Origin: Blasia pusilla
Lineage: Eukaryota
NCBI GenBank assembly: GCA_050084515.1
Contig: CM114271.1
Coordinates: 28,396,001-28,460,000 of the forward strand
Direction: 5' to 3'
DNA: 64,000 nt
Position numbers and translations under genes: made by a program. Positions within the stretch are counted from its first letter, which is position 1, and each line of letters begins with the position of its first letter. Below the pieces are notes generated by a model. The model did not search any database. It had not been told where the DNA came from and saw nothing but the letters and a program-made list of their open reading frames with translations. Of this stretch, positions 12,040 through 25,727 are shown piece by piece.

Positions 12040-14877
12040 TCCTCCGTTGCCTGTTGTCGATAGGATTGTAAGATTAAATACATTATTGAATATTGCAAGA
12101 AGACCAAATTTCCAAGAAAGTGATATTAGGAAGTTAAGATTACATAGGAGTTTGAATCGTGTCAGCGATCTTCATACATTGGGTTATATGACAAAGATAT
12201 GCCCATGATGTCATGCTTTACATTGGAAATAAGAAAGGGTGAAAGGGTTAAAGATTAGTGACTCACCATATGGCATGTGTTGTGGCCATGGGAGAATATA
12301 TTTACCCCTCTTGAAATCGTCTCCTCTATTCTTGAAATCCTTGATTTTAGGTGTTGGTCCTAGAAGTCTTCATTTTCTTACACATGCTAGAGCTTACAAT
12401 TATGCGCTTCAAATTGCATCTACTAGAGTGCACGTAAATGAACAAATCGGTGGCATTGGACACTTTAGGGTCCAAGGCGGTATCTATCATTATGTTGGAT
12501 CCCTTACATCTTAATATAGGGGATCATCCCCAATTTTCTCAACTCTACATCCATGATACGGCAAATGAATTGAAGAATCGTGGAAGAGTTATGTCTAGAT
12601 CTTCTGATCTTAATATAGATATTTGGAGAGGGCTACAAGACATGTTACATGAATGCAACCCATATGTAAAGATCTTTCGTCATATGGCATATGAAGCAAG
12701 TGACCTTAATATGCGGATCATCCTCAAGGCAAGTAAGAGAGGTCTTGATGCTAAGCGTTATAACTTACCAATTGCTTCTGAGGTTGCGACTATTTTTCCG
12801 GGTGATGGTAGTGAGCATGTTGACCATCATAATATAATTGTATGACTATATTGAGGAGGAGTGAAGCGTGTATCATACCTCAATGGAGCATATATTCCAC
12901 TATATTTTGTTCTACTATTTATCTATGGTGAAGCAGGTTGGCATCCTGGAATACCCTTTGGGAGGATTGAAGGCCATACAGAATCCCAACGATTGGGCCA
13001 GAATATTCATGAGGAGGGAGATGTGGACCCTTTAGAATATTGGATGGATGGGGAAAGATTTTATGGTGATATTTTTTAGGAAAGAAAAAAGAAGGGTGTT
13101 ACGGCCTTGCAATTTGCATATTTTCGACTTCAAACACGGATTGGAGGCAAAGATGACAATTGCTTATTGCGGTTTGGTCGACTTACTCAAGAATATATGG
13201 TTGATCTCTATGAAACTGTAGAGATGCGATGATTATCAAGGATTTTCTTGAATCAAAGGGAGTTAAGGGTTGAATTATATCAAGATGTAAAGGATGCCAT
13301 GCATCGACATGATTTGGGTAGTCGGAGGGTTGGGAGGCACATTATATTACCTTCTTCTTTTACTGGAGGGCGACGTCACATGCATCAATTATATCAAGAT
13401 GCAATGGAAATTGTAATATATTTGGGTAAGCCGGAATACTTTTTGACTATGACATGCAATCCAAAGTGGGAGGAGATTATATCAGCCTTATCACCTGATC
13501 AATCGGCTATGGACCAACCAGATTTGGTCGAGCGGATTTTTAGAAGAAAAAAGAAAAAGTTGTTAATACTTATCATCAAGAAGCAGATATTGGGACGAGT
13601 TGCAAGATACATCCATGTGGTGGGACTCCAAAAAAGAGGTTTGCAACATGTGCACGTTCTTATTATATTCGGATGGGAGGATAAACCACGTAATATTCAT
13701 GATTATGATCATATTATTTCATTAGAAATCCCTGATCAATCTACCCATCAAGGGTTGTGTTCTACTATTGCTAATTGCATGGTTCATGGGCCATGTGGAC
13801 TATTAAATCCAAATGCACCATGTATGGATAAGGAAACCAAAAAGTGCACCAAAGGCTATCCTAAGGCTTTTGCGGTCAACACTACAAAGACGGAAGATGG
13901 CTATCCAATCTATCGCAGGTAAGGATCCTTTAATCTTGGCTTATCTTTATTATTGCAAGGCATATGATGTAGTTGTAGTATTGGAAAGCATATTCATGAT
14001 TTATTACCGTATTTTTGTAGATTGGAGAATGGGAGGGCAATAATTAAGAGCCGACATTCATCGGATAATCATTGGGTTGTGCCAACAATCCCATGTTATG
14101 CATCCTCTTCGATTATCATATTAATCTCAAAATCAAAACAAGTGTTTATGCCATCAAGTACTTATATAAATATGTCTACAAGGGGTCTCATGCGGTGTCA
14201 TTTAAGTTGTCAAAGGACACGGATACATCCAATGCAATTGACGTTGTTGACGAGACAACATTATATCTTGATGCGATGTATGATTTAGATCTTGAGATTG
14301 TGCTACTTCATTGATGTGATGCATAATATTCTATTTCTTATCCATCATGTTCATTCTCCTTACTTGAATACTTGGAATTTTTATTTTTCCAGATAGATAT
14401 CTTCTTCAGAAGCATGTTGGCATTTCTTCAAGTTTTCTCTACATGCTGAACTTCAAAGTATTGTGAGATTAGTAGTTCATCTTCCGGACCAATAAATAAT
14501 CTACTTCAATGATGTTCACACTCCTCAAAATATTTTGCAACTAAATAGAGAGACAATTATGACCCAATGGTTTGCAACCAATCTATTTGACTCCACTGCT
14601 TGATAATATCTATATGTAGGTTTCCCTTCATATTATCGTTGGAGTAACAAGAGATGGATTCGTAGGGTAAGAAAATGTAATGATTGTGGCCATCCCATTG
14701 GGTGCTAATACCTTACTCATCCAGGTAAGAACTTAAAAGTTCTTAATATACATTTTTTTTATATACCAGCCTCACCAATTTTCTTTTATATATGCATAGA
14801 TGAGCTAATTTTTCTCACTTTTTCATAGGTGAAAGAGAACGACATAGGTTGAGATTACTCCTCCATCATGTTCAAGG
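12040..14877 (+). pseudogene. Helitron B RepHel, N-terminal/Rep part
   Basis: ICP*CHALHW...GMCCGHG Zn finger; YFLTMTCNPKW; LQKRGLQHVHVLI (HUH); KYLYKYVYKG (Y2 motif); GT-AG intron at about 13919-14020. Confidence 0.9.
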
Positions 14878-15481
14878 GAAAACACATGGTCCCCAAATTG
14901 CACCAAACATCGAGCAACCAGCGAGCTGCCCCTTTAAGCTCTCTCACCCTCTCATTCTCTCTTTGTAAAATAAGGTGAAATCTCTCACAACACCATAACT
15001 CTCAAATGTGTGCACTCTCACATGTCGCTCTCAATGACAAACCAAACCCACTCTCCTAACGAGAGCCTTGGGCTACACACACAAGGCAAGCAAGACCATA
15101 CCTCCCCCGCCTTATGCCAAGAGGTTCAATAAAGAGAGAATGAGCTCTCAAGCTCTCTTTCCTTGAGGTATACCCCTTCCCTCTCCCAAGCTCTCTCCAT
15201 GGTAACCTATGCTCCCAAGTCACCTCCTTGGATCTTGACTTGATGTAGGAGGTCAATGGCCACTTACCAGAAATAGGAAGTCAACCATATACTCAAAATG
15301 GTACTTATCTAAAATAGTAAGTGCCTCAATATGGCTCCGAATGAGCCGAAATGAAGGGAAAATCTGCTCTCTCAGGTTTCTCAGGGCCTTAATAGGTCAT
15401 CCTCAATCTCCAGAGTCTGTCCCCCACTACTCGTGAAGGCGCCCTACTGGATCTTACTAATCTATCATAAAATTCGTGATA
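14878..15481 (-). repeat. 3' terminal repeat A (LTR-like) of Gypsy copy 1
   Basis: Direct repeat of about 22805-23410 and homologous to 39605-40090 and 52661-53147. Confidence 0.85.
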
Positions 15482-15483
15482 GT

Positions 15484-15592
15484 TGTCGTGCGCATACACA
15501 TCGCTGTCAGCAAACACACACATAAATACGCACGATCCCATGCTCACTCATGGCATCCAAACAACGAGACAAGAAGTACCAAAATATCTCCA
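15484..15592 (-). repeat. Short TG...CA repeat B of Gypsy copy 1, preceded by purine tract AGGGGGGCGA
   Basis: Homologous to 52533-52658 and 53148-53258; joined to repeat A by AC. Confidence 0.7.
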
Positions 15593-15774
15593 ATCGCCCC
15601 CCTAGGTGGTGGTTAGGTCCCTCTAACTTCAGATAACCATATATCCCTATCTACCATGACATACATTTCTCGGACGCTAAGAGCAAGAAGGCCGAGTGCT
15701 CATATGGCTCCATCGTTAGTCGCCTTTTTGTCATCCATATCACAGACACAAGTCGGAATGTAGAACTACCTACT

Positions 15775-17170
15775 CTATGTACATCTGGGACACATCCATT
15801 GTCCTTGAGAAACCCTAGTGAGAGATGGCGTCAAGCATGCCATATGCCATCCTCTCGAATATCCATCAAAGACTAGCATAGTGGTTGCACCATTGGTCGA
15901 ACCACACAACATACATTGCAAGCTTGCAAGAACTACTAATAGGCTCGGATCAACTATTCCGTCAATGTTCGGGAGCTGACACGGTGCACAATTATGCATA
16001 TGGTCCTTCCAAACCAAACCATCGCATCCCTCCAATAAGAGAACACCTGATGGCAAAACCTCACGCACTCTCAAGATGGTGCACCCTACAGTCACATCCA
16101 ACGTTGTGGGTGTCGTGTGATGCAAGTAGACATAGTTTCCTAATGAAACCTCCGGATAGAAGGTCGATAACCATCCCCCCAAAAAGTTGCATACCTCAAT
16201 GTATCCCGATGCTGTGCAATCGCCAAGTTCTCAAACGCCATGGGGATCACTCTCTGGAACAACTCAACCCTCTATGAACATGCTCCCATCCATACATCAG
16301 CGTCATCAAGGTTCAACACCTCACCAACATCTTGACGAATAGCTGCAGGTAAATCGGGCTCACGACCATAAAGTAGCAAGTGCGATGAGAAAGATGCTAA
16401 GGATGCCTGCTTGCCAAATCTGTATCCCATCGCCAACCACGACAATTGAAGGTCCCAATCTCCTCGGTGACCTCTCTTCAAGCCATATTTGGGTAATCCT
16501 CTCTTCACCATCTGCACAACCCTCTCCACTAGTCCATCCACCTTAGGATGATCTCACAAAGTGGTGCGGTGGTCGATTAGTGCCTAATCACACAAGGCAT
16601 GAAACTCCCCGCGAAACTCTATACCTTGGTCTGTCAGTACCTCAGCTGGTGCACCGTAATGACTCATGACTCAATCTAGGAAGGCATATGCTACTCCCTC
16701 ATTTGCTTTGTCAGGAAATGCCACCAACTCTATCCACTTCAAGAAGTGCTCGACCATCACCAACACATAACGACTATGGCGCTCCGTCAAAGGCACAGAT
16801 CATGCAAAATCCAAACTCCATCTATAACCTAAACCCATGATCGAAAGTGGATGCAATTGTGAAGTGGGAGCATTGAATGATGCTCGGACTCGATCACACA
16901 CCATGCATGTGGCAACAAACTACTGAACGTCAGTTTGCATGCCTCGCCACCAATATTGAATCTGGAGCAAGTTGTACGTCCGCTTCACTCCAAAATGATC
17001 CAACTCCTCATGGGCATGACGCACCAAACATGCTCTCTGCAAAGGATGAGGCACTACATGCACTCTAGTATTCTCCCACACTCACAACACACATGTCCTC
17101 TTCCACCGGAACCGTCTGGCTCGCTGTAGGATCTGATCCCGCTCTCTAGCATCCATTGTGCTCGCGATGC
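15775..17170 (-). pseudogene. Gypsy integrase with C-terminal PHD finger (copy 1)
   Basis: GLVERVVQMVK, WDLQLSWLAMGYRF, then CMLC...DGYSRGWHMACLTPSL...WMCPRC. Confidence 0.85.
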
Positions 17171-17199
17171 TGCCTGTACATCAACATAGCTCCAAGCCC

Positions 17200-18290
17200 C
17201 AACATGATCCAATCAGTATGCAACTCTGATCGGTCTCCTTAATACAGGCGCAGAAATCAATCTATCTTTGAGCAACGAAAATGCTCTCTCCTGCTCATCT
17301 CCCTAGTGCCACTCCTGATCCACCTTGGTCAACAAGGTTAGCGGCTTCGCAAGCGAACTGAAACCCTTGACGTACCGTCGATAGAAGTTCATCAATCCCA
17401 TGAATGGACAAACTCGACTCATATCTTTGAGCCATGGAATGCATGAAATAGCCTCTACCTTCGTCTGCTGCACACCAAGGCCCCCTAGGTATATCGTATG
17501 ACCCAGGTACTTAATTTGGTCGTAGAAGAACTTGCACTTGCCTGGATGTAGCTTCAAGCCATGTAACTGCAATCGTCGAAACAACTCCTCTAGATGTCGC
17601 TAATGCTCCTCAACTGTGGTGCTAAAGACTACGATGTCATCAATATAACATGTAGCAAATCCAAACCTGGCAAGAACCTATCCATGATCCTCCGAAACTC
17701 ACCTAGGGCGTTCTTTAACCCAAATGGTAAGAACCGCCAGTGGTACAAACAATCCTTCCCGTGAGGATCGATGCCCCAAAAAGCCGTCTTCTGTCTGTCC
17801 TCCAATCTGATAAGAAAATGATGGTATTCAGCCCGAAGATCTGACAAACTGAAGACCTTTGTATGCCCAATAGCATCAAAGATCTCCTCGAGGGTGGGCA
17901 TGGCATAACTATCAGACTTTATTTGCCAATAGATAGGTCAATAATCTGCACACATCCGTCTATCTGTCTAGTTGCCATGCACATACTTCTTGGCGGGCAT
18001 GACAGTAGCAGATGCATACTCTCCATGTGACATCTCCACTGGTCCTGCTTCAACTAAGTCCTTGCTCATATTTTGAATCAGAGCCCTCTCTATGTCATTA
18101 TGCCTGTAGAGTAGTCGGAAGATTGACGTGTCAATCGACAACTCAATGCGGATCCCTGGATCCTTCAGCGTACCAAAATCCTGCATGCTAAATGCAAAAA
18201 AACTCTTATAACTCCTCAAGAATTGATGTATTCGGCCGTGCTCTAGCGATCTCCTCCTGTCATCTTAGGGCCCATATCTGGCTCCCAAGT
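17200..18290 (-). pseudogene. Gypsy reverse transcriptase (most of RNase H deleted), copy 1
   Basis: YASATVMPAKK, MPTLEEIFDAIG, FLPFGLKNA, LKLHPGKCKFF...YLGH, FYRRYVKGFS. Confidence 0.9.
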
Positions 18291-18647
18291 CTCCATCGTG
18301 ACTATAGTAGGACTCTCTGGCGCGGGTGTAGGTGGTTGCTATGGTGCAATCCCGTCTCGAACAATGAAACTCGATTGCTCTTCTACTGCCAACTGCAAAA
18401 TATGATCTCCATGTGCAGTACCCAGGACCACGCTCGATACTGTGGCTACCATCTGAAGGCGTACCTGCAAAAAATCCCAAGAAGTCCAACGATGTCTCTC
18501 ACAATCATACCTGGTGTATCGATCTCCTCAGGTCTCGCCCCTAGCCATTGCCTCAACCGTCTCGGTAGGCATGGGGCTCACCAACGCAACTATAGTGATC
18601 TGTCGCATCCTCAAACGACGTTGCTCATGTACTCCTAAGATGAAAAT

Positions 18648-19586
18648 CTATGTCAAGCATTTCAGGTCCATTGCATGATCCAAGACATCACGTTGTGATA
18701 CCTCTGATAATGACGATATTGCCGTCACTCCTATGGGGAATCCCATTGCTCGCTCTCGCTCATCGACATTGGGCTCCACCAACCTCTGTACTTGGTCATC
18801 CCAAACCAAGCCATGTCCAGCATCCTTGAATGCATAGGAAGCGGGAAAACTCACCAATGTGGGAAAGGCTGCTCGTGGCATGCCAATCCTGTTGACCACA
18901 ATCAATGGCGATCGATCATTGTGCCTCATTGGCTGTGATCGACGGCATGGATCTAATATACAATCCACCAACAAATTGGAGGGATGCTCCACTCTCGCAT
19001 AAGCCCTCCGCAATACCTCATGTGGCACCAAGTTGGTCCACCAAAGATGCAGGAGATGTGCTCGTGAATCCACACTCGCCGCATCCAACAAAACTTCCAG
19101 ACCAATCCATGTGCGCGCACCTGATGTGCCCTCGTCACAACATGGGAACTCGAATCACCCAAAATCGGCATATTCTCCAAAATGTATGCTAGAGGACGAG
19201 ACTGATGCTCTTGCAAGTGTCGCAAGATCCGCATCATCTCCCAAAACAACCTGGACTTAGAGTGCTTATCCGCTATCCCGTCCAACACTTGATTGGCCAT
19301 GTTAGGGCCAATCAGCAATGACCAAGTCTATGGTCCCTAACTGCTCCAAGTCCTGCAACCCCACCAATGAAATGCCCCTCGATAAGGAACTCTGGTAATC
19401 CTGAATGGCGCACGCAGACAACAAGTCTAGAAAACGGAGGCGTAACTGCGCCATATGGTAAAGTGAAGCACGCCTCGCAACATCATCAATCTCCACATAC
19501 AGGTACTGTTGCACGCGCACTCCAGCTTGCAAAACAACAACTAACCCAATGCTGATCCCTCCAAAGAGATCCATCACCCGAATACC
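18648..19586 (-). pseudogene. DNMT3-like C5-cytosine DNA methyltransferase domain in Gypsy pol (copy 1, frameshifted)
   Basis: VMDLFGGISIG (motif I), YLYVEID (II), IDLVIADWP (IV, damaged), YILEN (VI), SRAH...WWTNL (VIII), ERERAMGFP (IX), VLDHAMD (X). Confidence 0.85.
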
Positions 19587-19997
19587 TTGCTCTAGGATGC
19601 ACCACACAATCGGGGTGGTGTCAAAAGGGGTCATAGCAGCACTCCTTGCTACATGGGGTTCCTCGGACCTGTCATACTCTGGTGCAAACGTCTCGCTCCA
19701 CGCGGTCTGCACATGCTTAGTGGCTAAGCATCAAAGCTCCTCAGTCGAGCCCCAAAGCGGCACCTCTCCTCCACGGACTCATGCAGCTACCATGACACTC
19801 CTCTAGAATAGGAGTATCCTTTGCATGGATAGGTCCCTCAATCAAATCACTAAGCCAAGTGATGGCACTACTATATGGTGCTAAGGTCGCCATCTCTCTT
19901 GGCCGTCGATCGATACTGCACGTGTGAATCAAACGGGTAATGAGCTAAGGCATCCATCACATGACTTCCATCCTAGTCTATAGGACGCTGACTCCTC

Positions 19998-20330
19998 CTA
20001 GTAATCCAAGGAAAATCCCATCGGGTATAACACTTCTCCACCAACCAAGACGTTGTAAGACTTTTCATAAGTCACTATCGCCTTGGCTCGCATCAGTGTC
20101 TCATTTGTAGGAGCTCTCGGGTGAATCCTCACCATGACCTCTTGTCGGGTGATATACTTGGTGGTATTTGCTCCACCAAAGGATGTGTGTATCCGGAATG
20201 GACAATGCTCCACATTGGCTCTCGTCAAGCCCAATCCTCTGAATGATGCTTTCCCCAACATTAGGGGTTGCGCTCCTGAATCCAACAAGACGAGCTGCGG
20301 ACTAAAAGCTCTACCTCTTAGACTCACCAA
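19998..20330 (-). pseudogene. Retropepsin aspartic protease (copy 1)
   Basis: VLLDSGAQPLMLG active-site motif and downstream YNVLVGG motif. Confidence 0.8.
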
Positions 20331-20849
20331 CTAGAAGACCTCTCTCCATGTATCCAACAACATAACACCAAGAGAAGCCATGGCACACTCTATCACGGGT
20401 TTAGTCGGCATCTTCGCCAACCAAGCAGCCGTAGCTTGCCATGAATCTGACATGGACGACCCGAGCATCCGCTCCAAGGGCAGGTCCATCACCTCCCCTG
20501 CAATCACCTCTGAACATGATGCAGGAACTCCAACTCCATGGTCACACAACATAGCGGCCAGCTAAAAAACCTCGGCGGGCGTACCTCCCAACGTCGTAAC
20601 ATTGGATGCACAAAATAAAGGAGCGCGGGACACAACAATGGCCTCCCCCAACAACGTGCTCAACACATGCTCCTCTTGAGCATCAACAATATGAATCGTC
20701 GTACTTGCTTCTCCCATGGCCCTTTGTGCCTGCACACCAACAACATCAACAACTCTCTGGGAATTGTGATCAGGACCCATTGATGGGGTCCTCATTGCCT
20801 CGAAAAACGTGAAGGACTGAGGAAGCTTGGTCTGTTTCCTAGCTTCTCC

Positions 20850-22180
20850 TCACTGTGGATCCAACTCTACGGCTGCTCCATGCATAATAACTGCGATAGC
20901 CTCCATATGGGCAACCCCGCACATCCAACCAAGATCCTCCATATCTCTAGCGGCTCCATAAGACGTTGATGACACGGATTCGGTATCGGGTAATCTCAAT
21001 ACCATAGCGGCAATCTGCTGTTGTAGCTGTTGTATCTGAGCAGCCATCCCAGCCTCACCTCCGGCATCTCCCTTGATGTATGTAGGTGGTGGGACTCTAC
21101 CTCCTCTTGTCGGGCAACTCTAGCTCCTCGTCCCCCAACGAGACCACTTGGTGCACGTCCCCTAGGCCCACCCAGACCAGCAACTCACTCTGGTGCCTTC
21201 TCAAGCCCTTGGCCCGAACGTAACTTATGGTGTAAACTGAAATACCATGTACGTGTGTGACCATACCTGTGAAAATATTCACAATAATAACCTCCTGGTG
21301 TAGCACCATCTCCTCCTCCATGGTGAGGCACATGTCCATGACTCTGATGAGTGCAGTCGCGTTGATGATGGGCTCCACCACATGACCAACGAGTTATCAT
21401 AGGCGGCTGCTGCTGAGCCACATATGAAGATGCAGGTCTCTATGGCACGAGCTCCCGGTATTCTCCATGCGCTTGCAGTGCCACAATCGACCTATCTCGG
21501 AGTCCACATTGCTGCATTGGTGGAGGCAATCGCGATTGCTCTCGCCTAGAACCCATGGTGGCTACGCTCTCCTCCGCCATGTTGCGCTCTATGTTCTTGG
21601 CGGTCCTAAAAACATCTCTCAATGTAGGGGAGGTGTTCATAAGAAGCATCCCCTCCCGCACTTGTGTCCGTAGGGTCTAGTGCAGCAGCGCGTACCGTGA
21701 CTGGATAGGTTGAGTCTTTGTCATCCCCTGAGTGACATTGATCAATCGGCGCAAGCAAGTGTAAGCCTCATGCAAACTCTCACTCGGGCATCTCTGGAAG
21801 TCGTGGATGCTCCTAAACTTCTCCTTCCGTACCCCTTGGTAGCTCGCCCTCAACTCAACGAAGAACTCAACCACGTGGTTGAACATGGGACGAATCCGAC
21901 TAGACGGTGCAACTGCTCCAGTGCGAGTGACCCCTCCGTAACATCACTATTGGAAGAGGAAGTAGCCTCTCTTGACTCCTCCTCCTCATCTGGGAATGGC
22001 TCCGTCCATGACATATAGTGTGGATCATAGTATAGTCGTCATGCCTCAATCTCCTGGGCATATGTGTGGGAGAACTCATCGTAATTGTCAATGGGCGCCC
22101 CCTCTAAATGCTGAAACATATCGTTTCATGCCTTAAACGGGTTGAACTTTCTAGAGTTCCTAGCCCGTTGTGAGTCACAC
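20850..22180 (-). pseudogene. Gypsy gag with zinc knuckles (copy 1, 5' part deleted)
   Basis: WSCGGAHHQRDC and YCEYFHRYGH knuckle remnants; homologous to about 45530-46900. Confidence 0.7.
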
Positions 22181-22804
22181 CAGCCAAATGGGGCTCTAAG
22201 CGGTCGTAGGCGACAACAACGGTCGACGATCAAAGGTCGACGGTGGATGGTGACGATGGACCATTGATAATGACGATGGACCATCGACGGTGATGGTTGA
22301 CTATTGATGGCGGACCGTTGAAGGTGAGGGCCGCCGCCGCCGCGGCTGCTGGTTTGAATAATTTTACCCTCAAAATCGCCTAACAATGGCAAATCTGCAA
22401 AATTGGCCATAACTTTCTACTCGAAGCTCCAAATTGTGCACCATCTATTGCATAGCGTGCATAACTTTGCCATCTACGATGGTCTCAAATAATATTTTGT
22501 AATCGGACCTTTGTATAAAAATTTACTGGGATTGTTGCAAGTCCCAACGTCTCTTCTCCTACGGAAATTTTGGCAGTGCTTACGCGCTGATTTCTCTCCA
22601 AAAAAATTAAAAACCTGTGAAAATAAAAATCAGCAAGCTACACGGTGCTCATGAGAGCATCGGTATGGGGAAACCCACCCCCATACTTAATCCCTATCAG
22701 AAATTGGGCACCGCTTCCGCGTGCCACTCTCTCACACAAAAAATCAGAACACAAACATCAAAACATGCGGCTCTTGCTCCCATGAGCACTCCTATCATCC
22801 ATGA

Positions 22805-23410
22805 AGCAAGAAAAATATTCCCCAACATGCACGTAACATCAAGCAACCAGCGAGCTTCCCCTTTAAGCTCTCTCACTCTCTCATTCTCTCTTTGTAAAAT
22901 AAGGTGAAATCTCTCGCAACACCATAACTCTCAAATATGTGCAGTCTCGGATGTCGCTCTCAATGTCAAACTTAACCCACTCTCCTAACGAGAGCCTTGG
23001 GTTACACACACAAGGCAAGCAAGACCATATCTCCGTCGCCTCATGCCAAGAGGTTCAATAAAGAGAGAATGAGCTCTCAAGCTCTCTCTCGTTGAGGTAT
23101 ACCCTTTCCCTCTCCCAAATTCTCTCCATGGTAACCTATGCTTCCAAGTCACCTCCTTGGCTCTTGACTTGATGTAGGAGGTCAATGGCCACTTACCAGA
23201 AATAGTAAGTAGACCATATACTCAAAATGATACTTATCTAAAATAGTAAGTTCCTCAATGTGGCTCCAAGTGAGCCGAAACGCAGGGGAAACCTGCTCTC
23301 TCATGTTTCTTGGGGCCTCTGTAGGTCATCCTCAACCTCCAGAGTATGTCCTCCACTACTCGTGAAGGCGCTCTACTCAATGTTACCGATCTATCCTAAA
23401 ACACGTGACT
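22805..23410 (-). repeat. 5' terminal repeat A (LTR-like) of Gypsy copy 1
   Basis: Begins (A)GTCACGTGTTTTAGGATAGATCGG on the minus strand directly against Helitron sequence; matches 14878-15481. Confidence 0.85.
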
Positions 23411-25727
23411 ATATGAATGCTTGGGAACGATTCATGGGATAGTATGTCCAAAATTCAAGGAGGCTTCTATCCAATTGGGACTTCTTGAGGATGATAGGGA
23501 GGTGTTTACTTGCTTTGAATAAGCTTCCATAATTCTTATGGGTTTTTCACTAAGTCGTCTCTTTGCAATTATTCTAGCTTACAACACGTCTACTCAACCT
23601 GCAATATTATGGAGTCAGTTCTTGGTTCCGTTGGTCAAAGATCTCTTATATGAACCACATCAAGTAAGAATCCAATACTATAACTCCTACATAACAAATT
23701 TATTCCTAATAGTAGTAACGTTTTCCATCTGACTTATATGGAGAGTCCAACATACTAACCATAATTTCGACCTTTTTTGGAACTCTTCCATTACATAAAA
23801 TAGGAATTCCTAATCTTTTTGTTGATGATGCTATCATTAATACCGCATTATTGGAAGTCCATTATTATTTACAAGATCAAGGAAATAGACTATCTGACTT
23901 CCCATCCATGCCCCAAGATCATTTTGAAAGCCTTCATTCACACTCATATTTGGAGGAACAAGAGCTATCATATGACAAGGAAGAATAATTCGAGCAAGTG
24001 CTATTTTGAGAAGTGAGTCTAAATAAAGGAACACGCATGATATAGGACGCTATACATGATGAGCTTGATTAAATATGCACGAATGCTCCACCATCTCCAA
24101 AAGTTTTTTTCCATTGATGGTCCGGTTGGAATTGGGAAAGAAAATTATATAATTTTCTCCTTGCAAGTGTATGGAGCATTAGAGGTATAGCTTTGGATGT
24201 AACATCATTTAGTATAGCTACCCTATTGTTAGACGGAGGACGTACTGCTCATTTGCGCTTCAAGATCCCCATTAATCTTCATTAAAGCTCTACTTGCAGG
24301 TTAGTACCATAAGTTGTTATAAGTAGTTTGATTTTGTTAATACTCCAACTTTTTTTTCAATTACTCCAATTATTTTGGCTTCTAATTTTCTTTTCTTTTT
24401 GCTGGTAGTTTATCAGTCGATAGTGATGGAGCGCGCTTAATTCGTGAGGCGATGCTCATTATACCATTATGGCTTGATCTTTTAACCATTACCATTGCCA
24501 TTATATGGGACGAGGTACCTATAGCTCATCGTCATGCCTTTGAGGATGTGAATCGAACCTTACAGAATATCATGGGAGTCGTTTCGGATGATTTACGGCA
24601 ATTTCCATTCAGTGGAAAACTTATGGTATTTGGTGGTGATTTTTGTTAAGTGTTGTCTGTTGTTCATCATGGGGATCGGCCACAAATCATCCAAGCCACC
24701 ATAAAGAGATCATCTCTTTGATCTAATAAAAGGGTCATGAAGTTGAAAAAAAACATGAGAGTTAAAAGGTTGGATGGTCATTTGCGTGATGAACAATAAG
24801 CTTTTGCTGATTGGTTATTGGAAGTGGGAGAGGGTCGTGTACTTTTCTACCCTCATTTGGGATAAGACTTTATATGATTACCATCTGAGATTGTTACTAA
24901 TAGTAACAAGATATGTGATCTTATTGATTTTGATTTATGGCAATTTTCCTAGCTAATTCCATGACATTGATTTCTCAAGAGATACAGCTATTTTGACTCT
25001 AAGAAATAAATATGTTGACGACATAAATGCAAACATTACATGTCTTGGTTCCTTGGAGAGGTAATCCTTTAGACTTATCTCATTTGTACTTCTATTAATA
25101 TTTTTTTAAAAAGTTTCGATACTAATATTTTATTTTCTCACTAATTCATTACATATTGTGTACATGAGCATATTTACCTCATCGTCGACTCTATTCCGAA
25201 TGAGGGGATGAGTCATATCTACCCAACTGAATTCTTGAACACATGCTTGCCTTTTGGACTTCCTCTGTATCGTTTGTGTTTGAAGATTGGTGCACCAATC
25301 ATGCTCTTACGAGACATGAATGGGTCACGTCAACAAGTTGAAAAGACAAGATTGGTGATTCGTGGATTTATGAGACATTGCATTCATCCTGAAATTATCA
25401 TTGGGAAGAATATTGGAGATCTCATTTTTATTCCACGTATTCCATTGGTTGCATGATATTTCGGTTTGCCATTTGATTTGCGTAGGTCTCAATTCCCTAT
25501 TGGGTCGACTTTTGCTATGACTATTAATAAGTCGCAAGGTCAAACTTTGCAAAAGGTCGGCGTTTACTGGCCTACTCCTGTATTTTCTCATGGTCAGTCA
25601 ATTGAATATAGCATTATCTAGAGTAGGAAAGAGAAGTTCCATCCACATTACCATTGGAAGAGATGAACATTCAAATAAGGAAGGTGACTACACACAAAAT
25701 GTAGTAGATAAGGAAATATTTAAATGA
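23411..25727 (+). pseudogene. Helitron B RepHel, C-terminal PIF1 helicase part
   Basis: Resumes at YECLGTIHG...LGLLEDDRE; Walker A-like DGPVGIGK (about 24117); [42 protein letters not shown]. Confidence 0.9.

Larger units (their letters stand above)
14878..23410 (-). mobile_element. Ty3/Gypsy retrotransposon, DNMT+PHD family, copy 1 (degenerate, 3' end truncated)
   Basis: Order gag-PR-DNMT-RT-(RH)-INT-PHD on the minus strand between direct repeats; splits the Helitron B ORF between LLLHHVQG and YECLGT. No TSD visible. Confidence 0.92.

Noticed and set aside
14870-14885. Target-site duplication for Gypsy copy 1
   Set aside because: Flanks do not match and a few Helitron codons are missing, which indicates a deletion at this end.
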